A stretch of DNA of 55,904 bases, filler included, from Sphacelaria rigidula (GCA_964200075.2; 4 parts of 4 records of this genome joined end to end with filler, not necessarily neighbours in it); one strand, 5' to 3'; positions 11,370 through 24,334 are shown, counted from the whole stretch's first letter. A program made the numbers and translations. The notes: generated by a model not told the origin, from the letters alone.

Positions 11370-13604
11370 GTGAGCCCACGATGTAAACACACAACGATTC
11401 AATCGTTGGTAATCCTTTGAACGCCTGTGATTGCTGTTCCGAGGGGGTTTTAAAGCTGAACTCCCGCGGCTTTTCAGCGGATATTTCTTGTACGCATAGA
11501 TGGAAAAATGCGTAGAATTTAGCGCAGAAACCCTGTCACCGTCGTCATTTTTTTGGATCGAACACATTTTAGTGCGCATGTGTGCCATGTTGCTTATGTA
11601 TTGCAAGTGGTGGTAAACGCTTGGCATCTGTCGTCGCACTATCGCGACGCACGCGAACAACCGCCTGCTATCCCTTCAAACTACAAGCAGTTTACGCCGC
11701 TTCTGTGTCTGACTTACCACAGTCAGTTGAGTGGTCTACCGTCTCCAGTTACTGCTTGGCAAGCAAGGCTGGGTAGGTTGATGAAGAAAAGCTGCAGAAA
11801 ACAAAGTCGCCTTCGTTCGTGCGTTTGAGTAACCCAAGCTGAACGGTGCTTTTTGCTAGCTTTTCCGCGACGCCGCGACGCCGCGAGCGTCAAATTTGTA
11901 GGGAAACATATTCATGCACTCCGTTGCTCTGCTATCACTCCGCTGTACTTTTCGCTGTTCAAAGGGTGATCGCACATTCATCCATCCGCCCGAGAAAGTA
12001 CATCATTTTCCTGTTTCACTCGCGAGAATGTCATGCTACCGTCCCGAGACGAAGCTAGCAACTGAAGGGTTAACCCCTTTCGTGCCTCAAGTCTATAGTT
12101 GGACTGAGGGTGAACAGGTGTTACGGGGGCTGTCAGCAGATTCGTAATGGTGATTTGCTGCGGAGGGAAAATACCAACATGGAAATGCGCAGCGACATAC
12201 AGTTACTACGTGAAGTATTCCTAGGTCAAGTATGTTGCTCTGTGCGAGGTATGCTAGCTTCCCGCACACCACAGATCCCGACTTACGGAATGCTTATGCT
12301 CTCGTTCAGGGCCATGATGTCCTGAAGATGCGATTTTTGCGCGGTCGGTGAACGACCCCAAGTATGCTGTACATGAGGCATGTTGTAGAAGCAAACTCTA
12401 CACTGTAAGCCCGCCACCTCAACGAAACCTTACCGCACGCGTACATGTCCATCTTTGGACCGCGGATCAGATATGTGAAACTGATTCATAGATGGAAACA
12501 CGCAATCACACACAGTAGGTAAGTTTCGTGCACGTGTTGACCTGCCAGTTTGGAATGTCTTGGCCGGCACAAAAGAAGCACCCAAAGAGCTGTGGTATCT
12601 CAGTTACCATGGCGCACGATGAAAAACTTATTCCTCGCCCACAAGGCGCCGACTTCGACGCAATAGCTTCAGAAGATTCCTGCACCGCATTGGTACTGAT
12701 TTTCCGTACATCAAGCCGTGCCGCAACTTTTGGCTCGCCAATACTTTGTATAGGGGTACCTACTGCACGGACGACTACTCAGTGACGGTAATCGAAGTGG
12801 GAAAAAGGAGATGTGGCGAGTTCAGCCGCCACACTGACACTAAGACGTGATCACAAACAATGGAAGGACAACCCCACACCCCCGCCCGCTTTTGCCTCGA
12901 ACTCGTGGGAACTCATGGGACCCCGAAGGACTGTCAGCGACCCAATACCAAATACTCGGAACAGTTAGCATGGGCACTGAAAGGGTCGAGTATGATCCGC
13001 CGGGATGACTAGCGACCGCCAGGGACGGGCAGCGATTTCTAGTTGTACTGTGGGATTTGGTCGATGGCGTGCAGTTGTAGATACAGACACTTTGAAAGCC
13101 TTGACGTCGGCTGGTAACCGGCACTTTTTTATCCTCTCTCGCCATGTTTTCCAACCCGTCCCCATACTCGGAAAGAGACTGTCGTCTCTAGGGGGATCCA
13201 CCCGTCTCTCCCTTCGCACCTGCCTGGCAACTCGTTACCGAGCGTTTGGAACAACACCCCAACCCGTCGGCTTTTAGTAGACTTTTCCATCAAAGCACAT
13301 TGTCACGCTTTCCACGACGGAAACGAGTCCCATAATCTTTTACTGCCGGGATTCGAACTCACTGGTTTTACTCTGCACAAACTGACCGAGCATGTATCAG
13401 TTTGGCCATGGAGGTGCGGCGACACTGTCATTGCTCAGGCACGACGCCACATGGTCCCCTTCGTTTTCGACGCTCCAGCGGTGTTAGCCCTTCCCGCCCT
13501 GATGCAGGGCCACACCTCTCCCCCGTACGTATGCGCCCTTCCGCGGCGCACGTTGTCCGCGGTGCCCCCTTCCTGCTTTCGAATATTATATCCCATACGT
13601 TCAG

Positions 13605-13790
13605 TTTGTGGCCCTCCAACAAGGTTTGGCGAGTCGCACGGCGACCATAGAAGATCTCCGCGCGAAGCTGCGGGCCAAGGAGGCGATTTGCGACAGGTTA
13701 CAGTTCGAGGCGAGCTGCGACGCCACCCGGGACGACGATCTCGACCGCCTGATGGTTCGCGTTGCCTCCCTAGAGTCAGCACTAGCCGAG
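13605..13790 (+). CDS. Internal exon of the same coiled-coil protein (FVALQQGLASRTATIEDLRAKLRAKEAICDRLQFEASCDATRDDDLDRLMVRVASLESALAE)
   Basis: TTCAG acceptor, GTGAGC donor at 13791, 186 nt, phase 0/0, heptad pattern. The gene runs off the contig. Confidence 0.75.
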
Positions 13791-13905
13791 GTGAGCGGAG
13801 GCAGGGGAGCAAGCTGAAGATAGATGGGGGTGGGCAGGGGGGGGGGGGGTGGGGGGGCAAACACCCACGCGCGTAGAGATCGCCCCTCTACTGCTATTTG
13901 TGTTG

Positions 13906-14005
13906 NNNNNNNNNNNNNNNNNNNNNNNNNNNNNNNNNNNNNNNNNNNNTTAATTAATTAANNNNNNNNNNNNNNNNNNNNNNNNNNNNNNNNNNNNNNN
14001 NNNNN
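13906..14005. other. Artificial contig linker N44-TTAATTAATTAA-N44
   Basis: Exactly 100 bp, with a 12-mer that gives stops in all six frames. Confidence 0.97.
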
Positions 14006-14739
14006 TTGAGTACAGAAGAAAAGGACAGGCGGGGCAGGTTCAACAGTACCATACAGACGGTCCCTCAACGCTTGGGCTGCCCCCCCCCCCCCCCCCCCCC
14101 ACGATGACGGATGACCTGTGGCTAAGCCATGCACATTCGGGGTTCAAAACAGCGGCTTTTCAAAACACAGTCGTCTCCTTTTCATCAACGTGCGGATGCT
14201 GGGCGTCCAATATTTTATTGCTATTTCCGCACATCAGCCCGATCGCTCAAACCCGTGGTCACGGACGTAGACTCGCTTTTTCAGTACCGTCACTCCTTTC
14301 CCTTACATGCTCTAGAGCTCATTATTTTTTTCTAGGACGCCAAAAAATAATGGAATAACAACAGCAAAATGAAACAAAAAGAGAGGCGACGAAAAAACAG
14401 GAGAACCCTCCCCCCCCCTCCCCGGCCCCACCGCCGAGTTGGTCGCGGTGTTTTGGACAGACCTATCGAACAATAAACGTACCAATAATGTGAATACAAG
14501 AGGGGGGTAAAAACAGAAAGCAAGAAATATTGGGAAATTGAAGATGGATACCAAGCGAGAGTCAAGCAACCCTAGCGACCATCATGGAACGACACTAGAG
14601 CTGCTTGGAAGACGTCAGACGCCTAGCGAGTGCAAAATGCCAAGGTCCCTTTGTATCGTTTCGGTAGCCCTCGATGGGCACCGAGGGAACTCTGGCGGTA
14701 ACAGCAATCAGGTCCTTGACATGGCGCACCTTGATCCTG

Positions 14740-15130
14740 TTATGTCATGTACATCGTAGGCTCCCTCTCAATAATCCGGTACCATTCGGTAACATCTCGG
14801 GCAATGTGTGGCCCCGTCTTCGCGTTTACCCCGAAATCGGAATAGTACTCCGCGACACTGCTGAGTTGCAGGCGTGTCGCGGGTCGGTCGCCAGTAGCCA
14901 AAGTGCACCGCACTACTTAGGCAAGCCAGCGTCTGCGATGTTCGGCGAGCAATACTTGCACGGTTAGGACGAATCATCACGGCTTCGAATCACCAATTCC
15001 ACGATTTCTCCGGCCTGATTTCCCAATACAAAGAGAGAAGAGTTGACCGCTGGTCCAAGGGGGTATCCACGCAATTTTGCGCCTTTCCACGTGTCTTGGC
15101 TGCGTGTACCTGGGTTGCAACGCTGAAAAC
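14740..15130 (-). pseudogene. Decayed RTE-like LINE 3' fragment
   Basis: Minus-strand remnants LFSLCIGKSGRRNR (~LLLRCIG..RR), AGLPK..VHFG (~RLPK.I.FG) and DFGV...ARDVTEWYRIIERE (~AFGI...A.D.GEW.R.VE.G), with frameshifts. Confidence 0.45.
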
Positions 15131-16800
15131 ACAGCCCAGGGATTGATTCGTACGATTCGAATAAAATACACTAGAAACGAGTAATTCCCAGACGAGTCCT
15201 TGATTTGTCGGACCCTCGAATACTTGTAGCGATGTGTGCGCATGCGAGTTTGTCGCTTTGATTTGACACGAGTTTGTGGTCGGAACACGAGACAACGCCC
15301 CTTTCGGGTTCACAGCCGATCGAAACAAGGCTACTGTAGGCTTACACAATCAACCGGCTGATCGAGAGCTACGCTGTGGGCTGTCGAGCCTTTTGTGATC
15401 AACCCGTGAAGAGCCCTGAAGCGAGGGGTAATATTCGCCGTGGATCGTGGCGCCCATCTCAGTATCTTGCTGCGCGTTGTGAAACCACCTGGACCCAATA
15501 ACGAGCAACAACGCGCGCAATCAGTTCGGCCGCATTATCTCGACTTGCCAAGTTTGTTTTTAATAGGACAGCCCCTCGGTACGAAATTTCGCCGGAGCAC
15601 GAGGCTGCAGGGTTTGTGCCACATGGGAAGGACTCGCTGTACCCTCCGTGAGGACTCTAGCCCATTTTTGTGATCTTTGGTACACCCAGTTCCAGTTCTC
15701 GCCGGGAAAGCGGATTGTCAAACAGACCACAAATTCAAAGTGTTAGAATTTGGGGTAACCGATTCCGGATGACACTTTGATTTCTTGTGGGTGGGGGGGG
15801 GGGTGGGGTGTGTGTGTGTGCTTGTGATGTTGCATATCGTAGTCATACGACCCCTAATCTGTTATTAACCTCGAGTCTCTACAAGCCGGATATGAGTTTT
15901 CGTCGGACTACGGGTCCTTCTTAACGAAGGGGATTATCCCCTTTTTCACAATCCCGTCTTGACAGGGGATCAACCCCAAAACGACCAGTCCCGAGTCCTA
16001 TCGACAAGCAGTTTTGTTAAAATTGGAACCCAGATCTGCGCTTGGGTCGGGGAATGCGGCGGGTCTGGAAGTGGTCGTTAGTTCCAGCAGGCTCAAGGTC
16101 TGCGTAATGCTGCAGACAATGCACAACAAGGCAGCGCAACACCTACACACCCAGCCCCGGAAAAAGACGCACAGACACCCACCACTCGCGCGCATTAGTT
16201 TCACTGCTAGGCCTTGCTAATCTACATACGGCAGTCTTTGTTTGACAGAAATCCGTTCTGTATTGGACGAATGGTGGCCGCATGCGTGTGAAAAACAACC
16301 GAAAACGTTGCGTTGCCGACCGTTTTGTAAGCGTGTGCTGCACGCGCGTCTCACACAAATCATCATTTTTCAATGAATTCTGGACGGATTTTGAGCAAGG
16401 TCACGCACAACGTGCACAGCGGATGAGCAGCTACGGCTCGAGCTGTGTGTTTTTGGTTTGAGGGGCCACCAAATTCCTCAGGTTCAGCTCTGATTGTGTT
16501 AAGCTGAGTGATAAACCTTTGCTTGTGCCCCTGTCAACCGGACACGTATGTTCCCCTTCGAGGTGTCCGGAAATCCCCTTTTCAAAAGGGGATTTCAGCG
16601 AGTGTTTTTGCACTTCCTGGAATCCCCTCTCCAGAGGGGGTTTCTGTGCACGTTGAGGGGAGGCTTTTTGGGGGGTGATACCGCAGCGACCAGTCACTGG
16701 TCGTTTTTGAAATAGGGGATTTTTCTGCCGATTTTAAATTTTGGGGTTCAACACTAAAATGGGGCTGAAGTCGCATTTCTCTATTATTGTAGGGAAGATA

Positions 16801-17246
16801 TGTTCCGGATTTATCGGTTATGGTCCAGTCGAGTAGATTCCATGTGTCATACTCTTGCGTTGTCTAGCCCGACAGGTCATGGGCCATTCTGAGTCTGATT
16901 GATTCCGACAGTGCCCCCTACTCGGGCACAGTCTTTTGGGAACTCATCTCAACGCACACGTAGCAGCTATCAGCCGGTTGCCAATAATACAAGAAGCATC
17001 AACACTATCTCGGACTGCTTTCTCAGAGGAGTCTTTGGCCTTCACAAATGTAAGCCCGCATTGCATGCATTATATGGGTCTTGTCTCCGGCGAACCATGG
17101 GCATGGCGCCTGGTCATTGGTGTGTGGGTTGACTCCCACCTAGCAAATCGAACTCAATGACTTCGACACTAATGGTTGTGTTTGAGCAGGTAGCCTGGTG
17201 CCCACTGAACTGGCACAATACCCAGCTTGAGTATCGAGCCATAACA
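16801..17246 (+). repeat. 5' LTR
   Basis: TGTTCCGG...GCCATAACA; roughly 90% identical by eye to 23502-23944. Confidence 0.9.
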
Positions 17247-17261
17247 TGGTGTCCATCCGTG
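17247..17261 (+). promoter_or_regulatory. Putative primer-binding site TGGTGTCCATCCGTG
   Basis: Starts with TGG (complement of tRNA 3' CCA) immediately after the 5' LTR terminal CA. Priming tRNA not assigned. Confidence 0.65.
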
Positions 17262-18894
17262 CTTGTGTAGAGTCAACTCCGGCATGACCCCCAAAGGCGC
17301 AGCATGCGCCTCCGTAATTTTGTTTTGTGAGGAGGTTTGAGATTTCATCTTGTCGTGTCACTAGACTTATATATGGTAAATAGTGTGCGTTGCACACATG
17401 GGAGAAAATCCACACAGCAACAGACGCTCTTCTTTTCACGAGTACGAAACAACACAACCGCGCTGCTTCACAGTTGCGTGCACTCATTGTTTTCAATAGC
17501 AAAAACAACTGCACCAGGATATGCTTGTACTACAATCACGCGAAACAGTAAAGAGTAAGCATGGACTAGTAGGCTTTGTATTCCTGTCTGTTCGTGGTAT
17601 TGCGTTGTTGCCCGCCGCATTTGCACTGCGTTACATACAACCCAAGCAGAGCGCCACCAACGGCTTTATGCACGAGTTCATCAAGGATGGTTCATCAGCA
17701 CGCCACGGCAGACGTTCAAAGCAAAAGTGAAATAACCTAGCCAAAACAATTGACAAAAGGCATAAAGGTCAAACAAGATTGCACGAGTCAACGAACCAGA
17801 GGGCCTGCAACTACGTCGGGGTGTTTTGGGACATCAAGTTCCAGACAGCTCCGGAAGCTGTACAGCCGCGTTGTTGTCATCCGTTGTTGTGGCTGTTCGT
17901 TGTTTGTTTGCTGCAGTTCGTTTCTGTCCTTTGTTTTTGTTATTGTGCTGCTGCTACCGTCTGTGGCTGTTCGTTGTTTGGTTGCTGCAGTTCGTTGTTG
18001 TCCTTTGTTTTTGTTATTGTGCTGCTGCTACCGTCTGTCGCTCTTGTTATCGGCTGTTGTTGGTGGTGGTGGTGGCGTTGCTTCTGCCTGTTATCGTCCG
18101 CTGTTGTCACGGCCGCTGCGGTCGCTGCTGCTTTGCTGTGTTGCTGTCGCTTTTGTTGCTGCGGCTGTTTCCGCTGTGCTGTCAGATACCCTGCTGTGTG
18201 GTTATCGTTCCGCCTAAAGAACAATGCAATTTTGTTCTGCTGCTCGGCGGCTACACTCCCGATTTTGTTTTGCTGCTCTGCGGCTACTGTCCCGCCTGAG
18301 CCGTTGCGATTTTTGCCTTTACCGCCCATTGGTAGTTGTACCCTGCTGGCTGTCGCACTGCCTGTTTGGCCCTCATGTGCGCGTAATGCCTCTTACACCT
18401 GCATGGAAAGTCACGCGTAGTTTCCCTCTTGCGTAGTTTTCCTCTCTGCTGCTAATACTGTGCCCCACTTTGACCGCATGAGCTTTCACCGATAAACAAC
18501 TGTCATTACCATATGTGTCTCAATTGTTGCACCGAGGTCCCCACGCATCTGTTCCCCTGAAATGCACCTCTTCGTGGTGATGAGACGTTGTTAGCCGTTG
18601 TGGCCTACCCGCACACTCAAGTGGCTTTCCCTGCATCGAGTCACCATCATCCCTTTTGCTCGGGACCATACATGTTACTAATTGTGTGTACGGGGTGATC
18701 GGTAATTTAGAAATTCGTTATGAATCCGCTGCTGCCCGTACTGTTCATTACTGCGGTTGCTTTGATTGATGACAATCCTCTGATGACCAACGTTTGAGGA
18801 CCGATCCGTCTCGACAACAATTACGTCGGGGAGTTTCGGGACATCAGGCTCCAGACAGCTGCGGAAGCTGTGCAGCCGTGTTGTTGGTGTATGT

Positions 18895-19038
18895 TGTTGC
18901 TGCTGCTGCTGCTGCTGTTGTCTGTTGTCTGTTGTCGCTCTTGCCTATCACTACTGCTGTTGTCTGTTGTCTGTTGTCGCTCTTGCCTATCACTACTGCT
19001 GTTGTCTGTTGTCTGTTGTCGCCATTGCCTATCACTAC

Positions 19039-19098
<60 letters not shown>

Positions 19099-19125
19099 AT
19101 GTTGTTGCTGCTGCTGCTGCTGCTG
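18895..19125. repeat. Three ~42-bp tandem units followed by a (GTT)n/(GCT)n microsatellite
   Basis: GCTGTTGTCTGTTGTCTGTTGTCGCTCTTGCCTATCACTACT x3, then about 20 GTT units and a GCT run. Confidence 0.9.
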
Positions 19126-22089
19126 TCTCCACCGTGCTTTCTGTTACCTTGGTTGGCTATTATTGTCCCGCTTGTTGTGTTTTTGCCTCCACCGCCTACT
19201 GTCGGCTGTACTTTTCTCGCTTGCTATCACATTGCATGTTGTCATGTGCACGTGCATTTTCCGCCCTCATGTTCTTTATGAACCTTGCTTCGATCTGATC
19301 GCACAGATGTTTTGTTTTGTCATTTGTCGCGTGCATTGTATCACCTTCGCCTGATCTACACCTGGTCAGCCATAACATCATCGCTGTACCTTACCACCAA
19401 TGGTCGTGTTCTAGACATCCTCTCTATTATCCCGGTAGTTTTATTACAGTCCAGCACATCCCAGTAGTTTTATTGCAAAACAACCCACCATGATCAGTAT
19501 GTACTTTGTTTCCGGGGTTGCATTTTTATTGTGGTCATGCGGATTTGTGGAATGCACATGCAGTAAAGCTTCCTTTTTATATCGATCTTGTTTGCTTTTC
19601 TTTCATCTTACATACTCATAGTGTTTGCATCTCCGGGTGTCGCGTCTACCATAACTGTCTTTTGAGTCCCTCGATTGTATTTTGAATGCTTTGTAATTTT
19701 GCACCGCCTTCGTCTTGCTCTTTCGAGCTGCACTATTTTTCATTTCATGTTCTGGAAATTTTGTATTTTATTTTGATTGTCTTATCATTTGCGCCGCCGT
19801 CGTCTTGCTCTTTCGAGCTGCACTATTTTTCATTTTATGTTTTGGTAATTTTGCATTTGTGTTTGGCGCTCAAATGTTTTTCTTTGACCGTGCGGGTGTA
19901 GGCTATCTGCAGGGCATTGTCTGTTGCGCCGCCTGTACTCATCATGCTTGAGCAGGAATCCGCTGGTAATCGTTTCATCTATCTGGTTCGCAAGGCCGAA
20001 ACGCCGAATTTATCGCCCGGCACACGACAGTTCGATCTGCGTCACGTGGTATAAAACCGAGCCATATTTTCATGTACCCCAAGACTTCCAACGTATACTA
20101 ACCACGCCCTCTATTAGTTCCGCCCTTGTTTCACCCACACTCTTGTCCTGGGTGTGTCGCATCCCGATGAGGGAACCGGCGCTAAACGTCATTGCGTTGG
20201 GGAGGACACGCAGGAAACTCTGAACGGTTTGCCAATGACGGTATGTTCCCGCGTGGAGTATCTGCAATTTGGTTTGGTTTAGCTAATACCGGGTACCTTT
20301 TTATGGAGTGTCCGCAATTTGGTTTGGTTTAGCTAACCCCGGGTACCTTTTTATAGCATTTTGGTAGCAGGGTCATTACCTTGATGCCGCTAAATAGGAT
20401 CCCCATTTTATCCCACACTGGTAATCAATTGTATGGTTTGCTATTCATAAGGTTGACTTCTTGACGCACCCTGTACCGTAGTTGGATACTACCTTGTTCC
20501 TTCGCGGTACCGTAGTTGGATACTACATTGTTCAGTTGCTTCAAACTTGGTTTTCGATATCATGCTGCCACTCATCTTCCCGTGGATTGCCTTGTCATTA
20601 ATTATTCAGTACGCAGACGTACGTAGTTGCCCTGCTTTATCTTTTTGGCCTTCATGTCTAGCGTACCATGCAAGGTGACTGCCAAATATTTTCGTGCAAT
20701 GTCTTGTCATTACTTATGCAGTACGCAGACCTAGTCGCCCTGCTTTATCTTTTTGCCCTTCATGTCTAGCGTACCATGCAAGTTGACTACGCGACTACAT
20801 ACCGTGTCTGATATTTCCTACAGACCCTACATATGGTTTTCAGACACTCATTCTGCCGATGTGGTCGCTGAACCCCCTCGGGGGGGGCGAAGCACGAGTT
20901 CCATATGTTTTGCTGGTTGTTGTCTCGCGTGCACACCCTCTGCCGCAAAACAACGCGGCTTCCCACCATGAGAACGCGGCATGATCAGAAAAGAAATGCA
21001 CAAGCTTCTTGACCGAGGCGTTCCTCACCCAACTTTCCCCGGCAAAGTTTGTCGACTACACGATTTTATGTTCAGTAAAATTCGCCAAGTTCGCCAAATA
21101 TATCTTTACTGCAGGGTCTCACAGGTCCCTTAGCCTGTTAATCGACAATACCGGCATACCACCAGCCCCCTCCAAATGCACGCAATTGCTCAGACGTCAC
21201 GTCCATACAATCGAAAAACTCCATTCGTTTCTAAACGCCACCAGGTACCTTGGACAGTTTGTCCAGGAGCGTAGCATTTTAGTCGCCCTGCTGACCGATA
21301 TTCTAAATAAGTAGGAAAGCCAACAATATTGCTGCACGATGTAGGTAAACAAACGCGCGCTCTCCTTTTGCTGTCAAACTCTTGTGCCGTACAACTGCAG
21401 CAAGACTTTACCACCACAATCCGGTCGTCTCATGGTGGCTCAGCTAGGATATGACATACGAACTAGACTCTCGCCCAATGAGCATCAATGTACAAGTCAT
21501 GCGTGTGAGGGCATGTTTCTTGTCATTTCTGTGCTTTGTCTCGGTATATTTAGTACAGCGTACCTCATTATTATTTTTTTACTCAGCATGCCTTGTCTAT
21601 TTTATTCTCGCCATGATCATGTCTACAGTTTCACAGGATTCGAAAACCTAGGGAGACGGCTGCTGAAAAGGTTACAGAATTGTACAAATCTTGGCCCCAG
21701 AGAGTGTACGTTTCACGCACACTCTTGGGCAATCGTACCCTACCCGACGACCCGACGCCATGCTACCGTCTGACACATTCCCCTTCGAGCACTGGACTGG
21801 CCGTGAACATTAAACACGTACCACCGCTGTCTCAACAGCAAGAAGTTCCTTCCATATCTGCCCACCCCATCCGAAACACCTCATACCCGAAGTGTTTGCG
21901 TCATACCCTGAGGGGGACCAAACTGGAACGCCACACCCACATTCCACCTGACCCCTGAATTTGTGTCGTGTTCATCTGCATTGCCTGTATCTGTCACCAT
22001 GTTGGATTGTCGAGAACTCTACGTTGTTTCAAGCACTGACGGGTGGGGAAAAGGGAAAGACTTCAAAAGGGGGGGGGGCGTACCTATTT

Positions 22090-22560
22090 GCATCGAGCAT
22101 CCAAGTAATTCCCCTAGCTGCTGTAATCTGCGCTGTTCCCCAACTCCTTCACCAACTTCACTTCATCGAAGTAGTTTCTGAGCGGTTGCACTCTGTACTG
22201 TTTTCATCTTCTTCACTATTTTTATTGCATCCAAGTATTATTTTCTTTGCTGCCATTTGCAACGTTCCCGCATCAAAGTATTCTCTTAGTTGCGGCCAGC
22301 TGCACTGGTTCCAGTTGTTTCATCAACTTCACCCCTTGCTTTGCCATGTCTCATGCTTGTATCAGGTCATCAAAGAATACCTCGGTTAGAGAGGGTGATA
22401 ACGTACATCCTGGTGCGACTCCTTGCAAAATATCAACATATGTCGATATTTCCCTGTCTAGCATCGTCGCACTTTTGGCACATTTATTTCGTCTTAATCG
22501 TCCACACCTTTCCTTTGACCACAGTTCCTCATGCGTCATGAGCCTTTTGCACCTGTATCA
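22090..22560 (-). pseudogene. Decayed non-LTR (LINE) reverse transcriptase fragment, antisense inside the LTR element
   Basis: Minus strand reads VQKAHD (~D..KAYD) and EISTYVDILQGVAPGCTLSPSLTEVFFDDLI (~GV.QGC.LSP.LF..FI.DL), then AKQGVKL. The YADD region is absent. Confidence 0.8.
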
Positions 22561-23486
22561 CCCCACAGGTTCTTCGACCCCGCCATCGCACTCGAAGCAC
22601 CCCGCTTCCCCACGTTGTGATGCCTTGAAGCTTTTGCCATAGGTGCTACCTCCTGGATAGGCTACAGCAGTGCCGAGCTGAAGCACCACGTGTATGACTA
22701 TGGGAATTTCTTTCGGCGAGTACGATACGAAGATGGAGACGGGAAGCAGCCATCTCGCTTGGAAGTTGAGCGCCCCAAGCTGGAACGGAGGAGCCAAAGA
22801 TAGACTGCAGCCATGGACGTGTACGAATGGCTGTTGTGTGATGTGGTATACGATATCATTGCGAGAGGAATACGGTAGTGAAATAAGGGAATATGTAACT
22901 ATATATTGCTGCTACCGTACGCTTCAGTCATGAATTTCGAGTGTTCCTTGTCTTTTTCTTGTGCCGCTTTGTTATCGATTGCTTCCCATTTGGTAATATA
23001 CGGGCACATGTGTGAGCCAAGGCGCGTGGGCTCTATTTCCAGTAGAATAGGTGTCGGTAGTTACAGAAGAGCACCCCTCAAAAGCTGCACTCCTGTAACT
23101 ATTGATCAGTTCGCGGAAAGGTTGTTTTTAGCGAATCCAACGTAAGTTGGATGTGGTTAAAGCCCCGCACTACCCTGGAATTCAGTGTAACTGATCTAGG
23201 GTGTCGACGCGCGATGAAGCTAGTTAGCTAATCGTTCTCCAGTCTAACTGAGATCCCGGGAAAACGACAGCGATCGCACTTGTCTGCGGTTTCTGTCGAT
23301 TGGAAAGGGCGCTAGAGGTTTTTTTCCTTTCCTAACGGATAGGGTTTCCCCCGACTAACGGGGTTTACCTATCTATTAGATACCGAGTTTTCCCCTGCAA
23401 CATTAGTGGCAGGTTTTTCTCGTTTCCTTATTTCAGGTGTTGATGCACAGGCTTCGTTTCCCACATTTCTTTCTCTTAACCTTATT

Positions 23487-23501
23487 AAAAGGCTGGGGGG
23501 A
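23487..23501 (+). promoter_or_regulatory. Polypurine tract AAAAGGCTGGGGGGA
   Basis: Purine-rich tract directly abutting the TG of the 3' LTR. Confidence 0.75.
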
Positions 23502-23944
23502 TGTTCCGGGCTTCTCGGTTATGGTCCAGTCGAGTAGATTCCATGTGTCATACTCTTGCGTTGTCTAGCCCGACAGGTCATGGGCCATTCTGAGTCTGAT
23601 TGATTTCGACAGTACCCCCTACTCGGGCACCGTCTTTTGGGAACTTATCTCAACGCACGATTAGCAGCTACCAGCCGGTTGCTAATAATACAAGAAGCAT
23701 CAACACTATCACGGACTGCTATCTCAGAGGAGTCCTTGGTCTTCACAAATGTAAGCCCGCATTGCGGTATGGGTCTTGTCTCCGGCGTGAACCATGGGCA
23801 TGCGCCTGGTCATTGGTGTGTGGGTTGACTCCCCACCTGGCAAATCGAGCTCAATGGCTTCGATACTAATGATTGTGTTTGAGCCCACTAGCCTGGTGCC
23901 CACTGAACTGGCACCATTCCCAACTAGAGTATCAAACCATGACA
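23502..23944 (+). repeat. 3' LTR
   Basis: TGTTCCGG...ACCATGACA; direct repeat of 16801-17246. Confidence 0.9.
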
Positions 23945-24334
23945 CTTATTCACAGTGGTGTGGGATGGTGTTTTTTATACAAAAGACACGAGCAGTAGCT
24001 CAAAAGAAGCGTCGTGCTCTTGTGCACACGCAGCAAAAGCAGCATGGAAGACAATCAATATTTCGCGGAGTTATGGGCGATAAAAAAAGAGTACCTTAGT
24101 TGGTACTGTACCAAAATAGTGACGTTTACTCCAGATGCCGTCTATTGCCCAGGGTGTGATTTCATGCAAAAAAAATGGGAAAATATTCGAAAACATCGTA
24201 CATGCGTCATACCAAAGATGAAATCCACCCCCTATAAACCCATGCGTTTTCCCTCGCAACGCAACAAAAAAAATATCTTTGTCAAAAACAATTCATAGTA
24301 TCATGTCGTGGGTACACAAAATCCGCCCTAACGG

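Larger units (their letters stand above)
16801..23944 (+). mobile_element. Non-autonomous LTR retroelement (LARD-like), ~7.1 kb
   Basis: Two ~445-bp direct repeats, each TG...CA. A TGG-initiated PBS abuts the 5' LTR and a purine tract abuts the 3' LTR. No gag/pol ORF recognised inside; no matching TSD. Confidence 0.85.

Noticed and set aside
13950..13961. TTAATTAATTAA as a piggyBac target or regulatory palindrome
   Set aside because: It recurs identically at the centre of each N run; it is an assembly linker.
17750..19354. Long Cys/Val/Leu-rich ORFs as membrane or metallothionein-like proteins
   Set aside because: They are open in all three frames only because GTT/GCT repeats lack stops.
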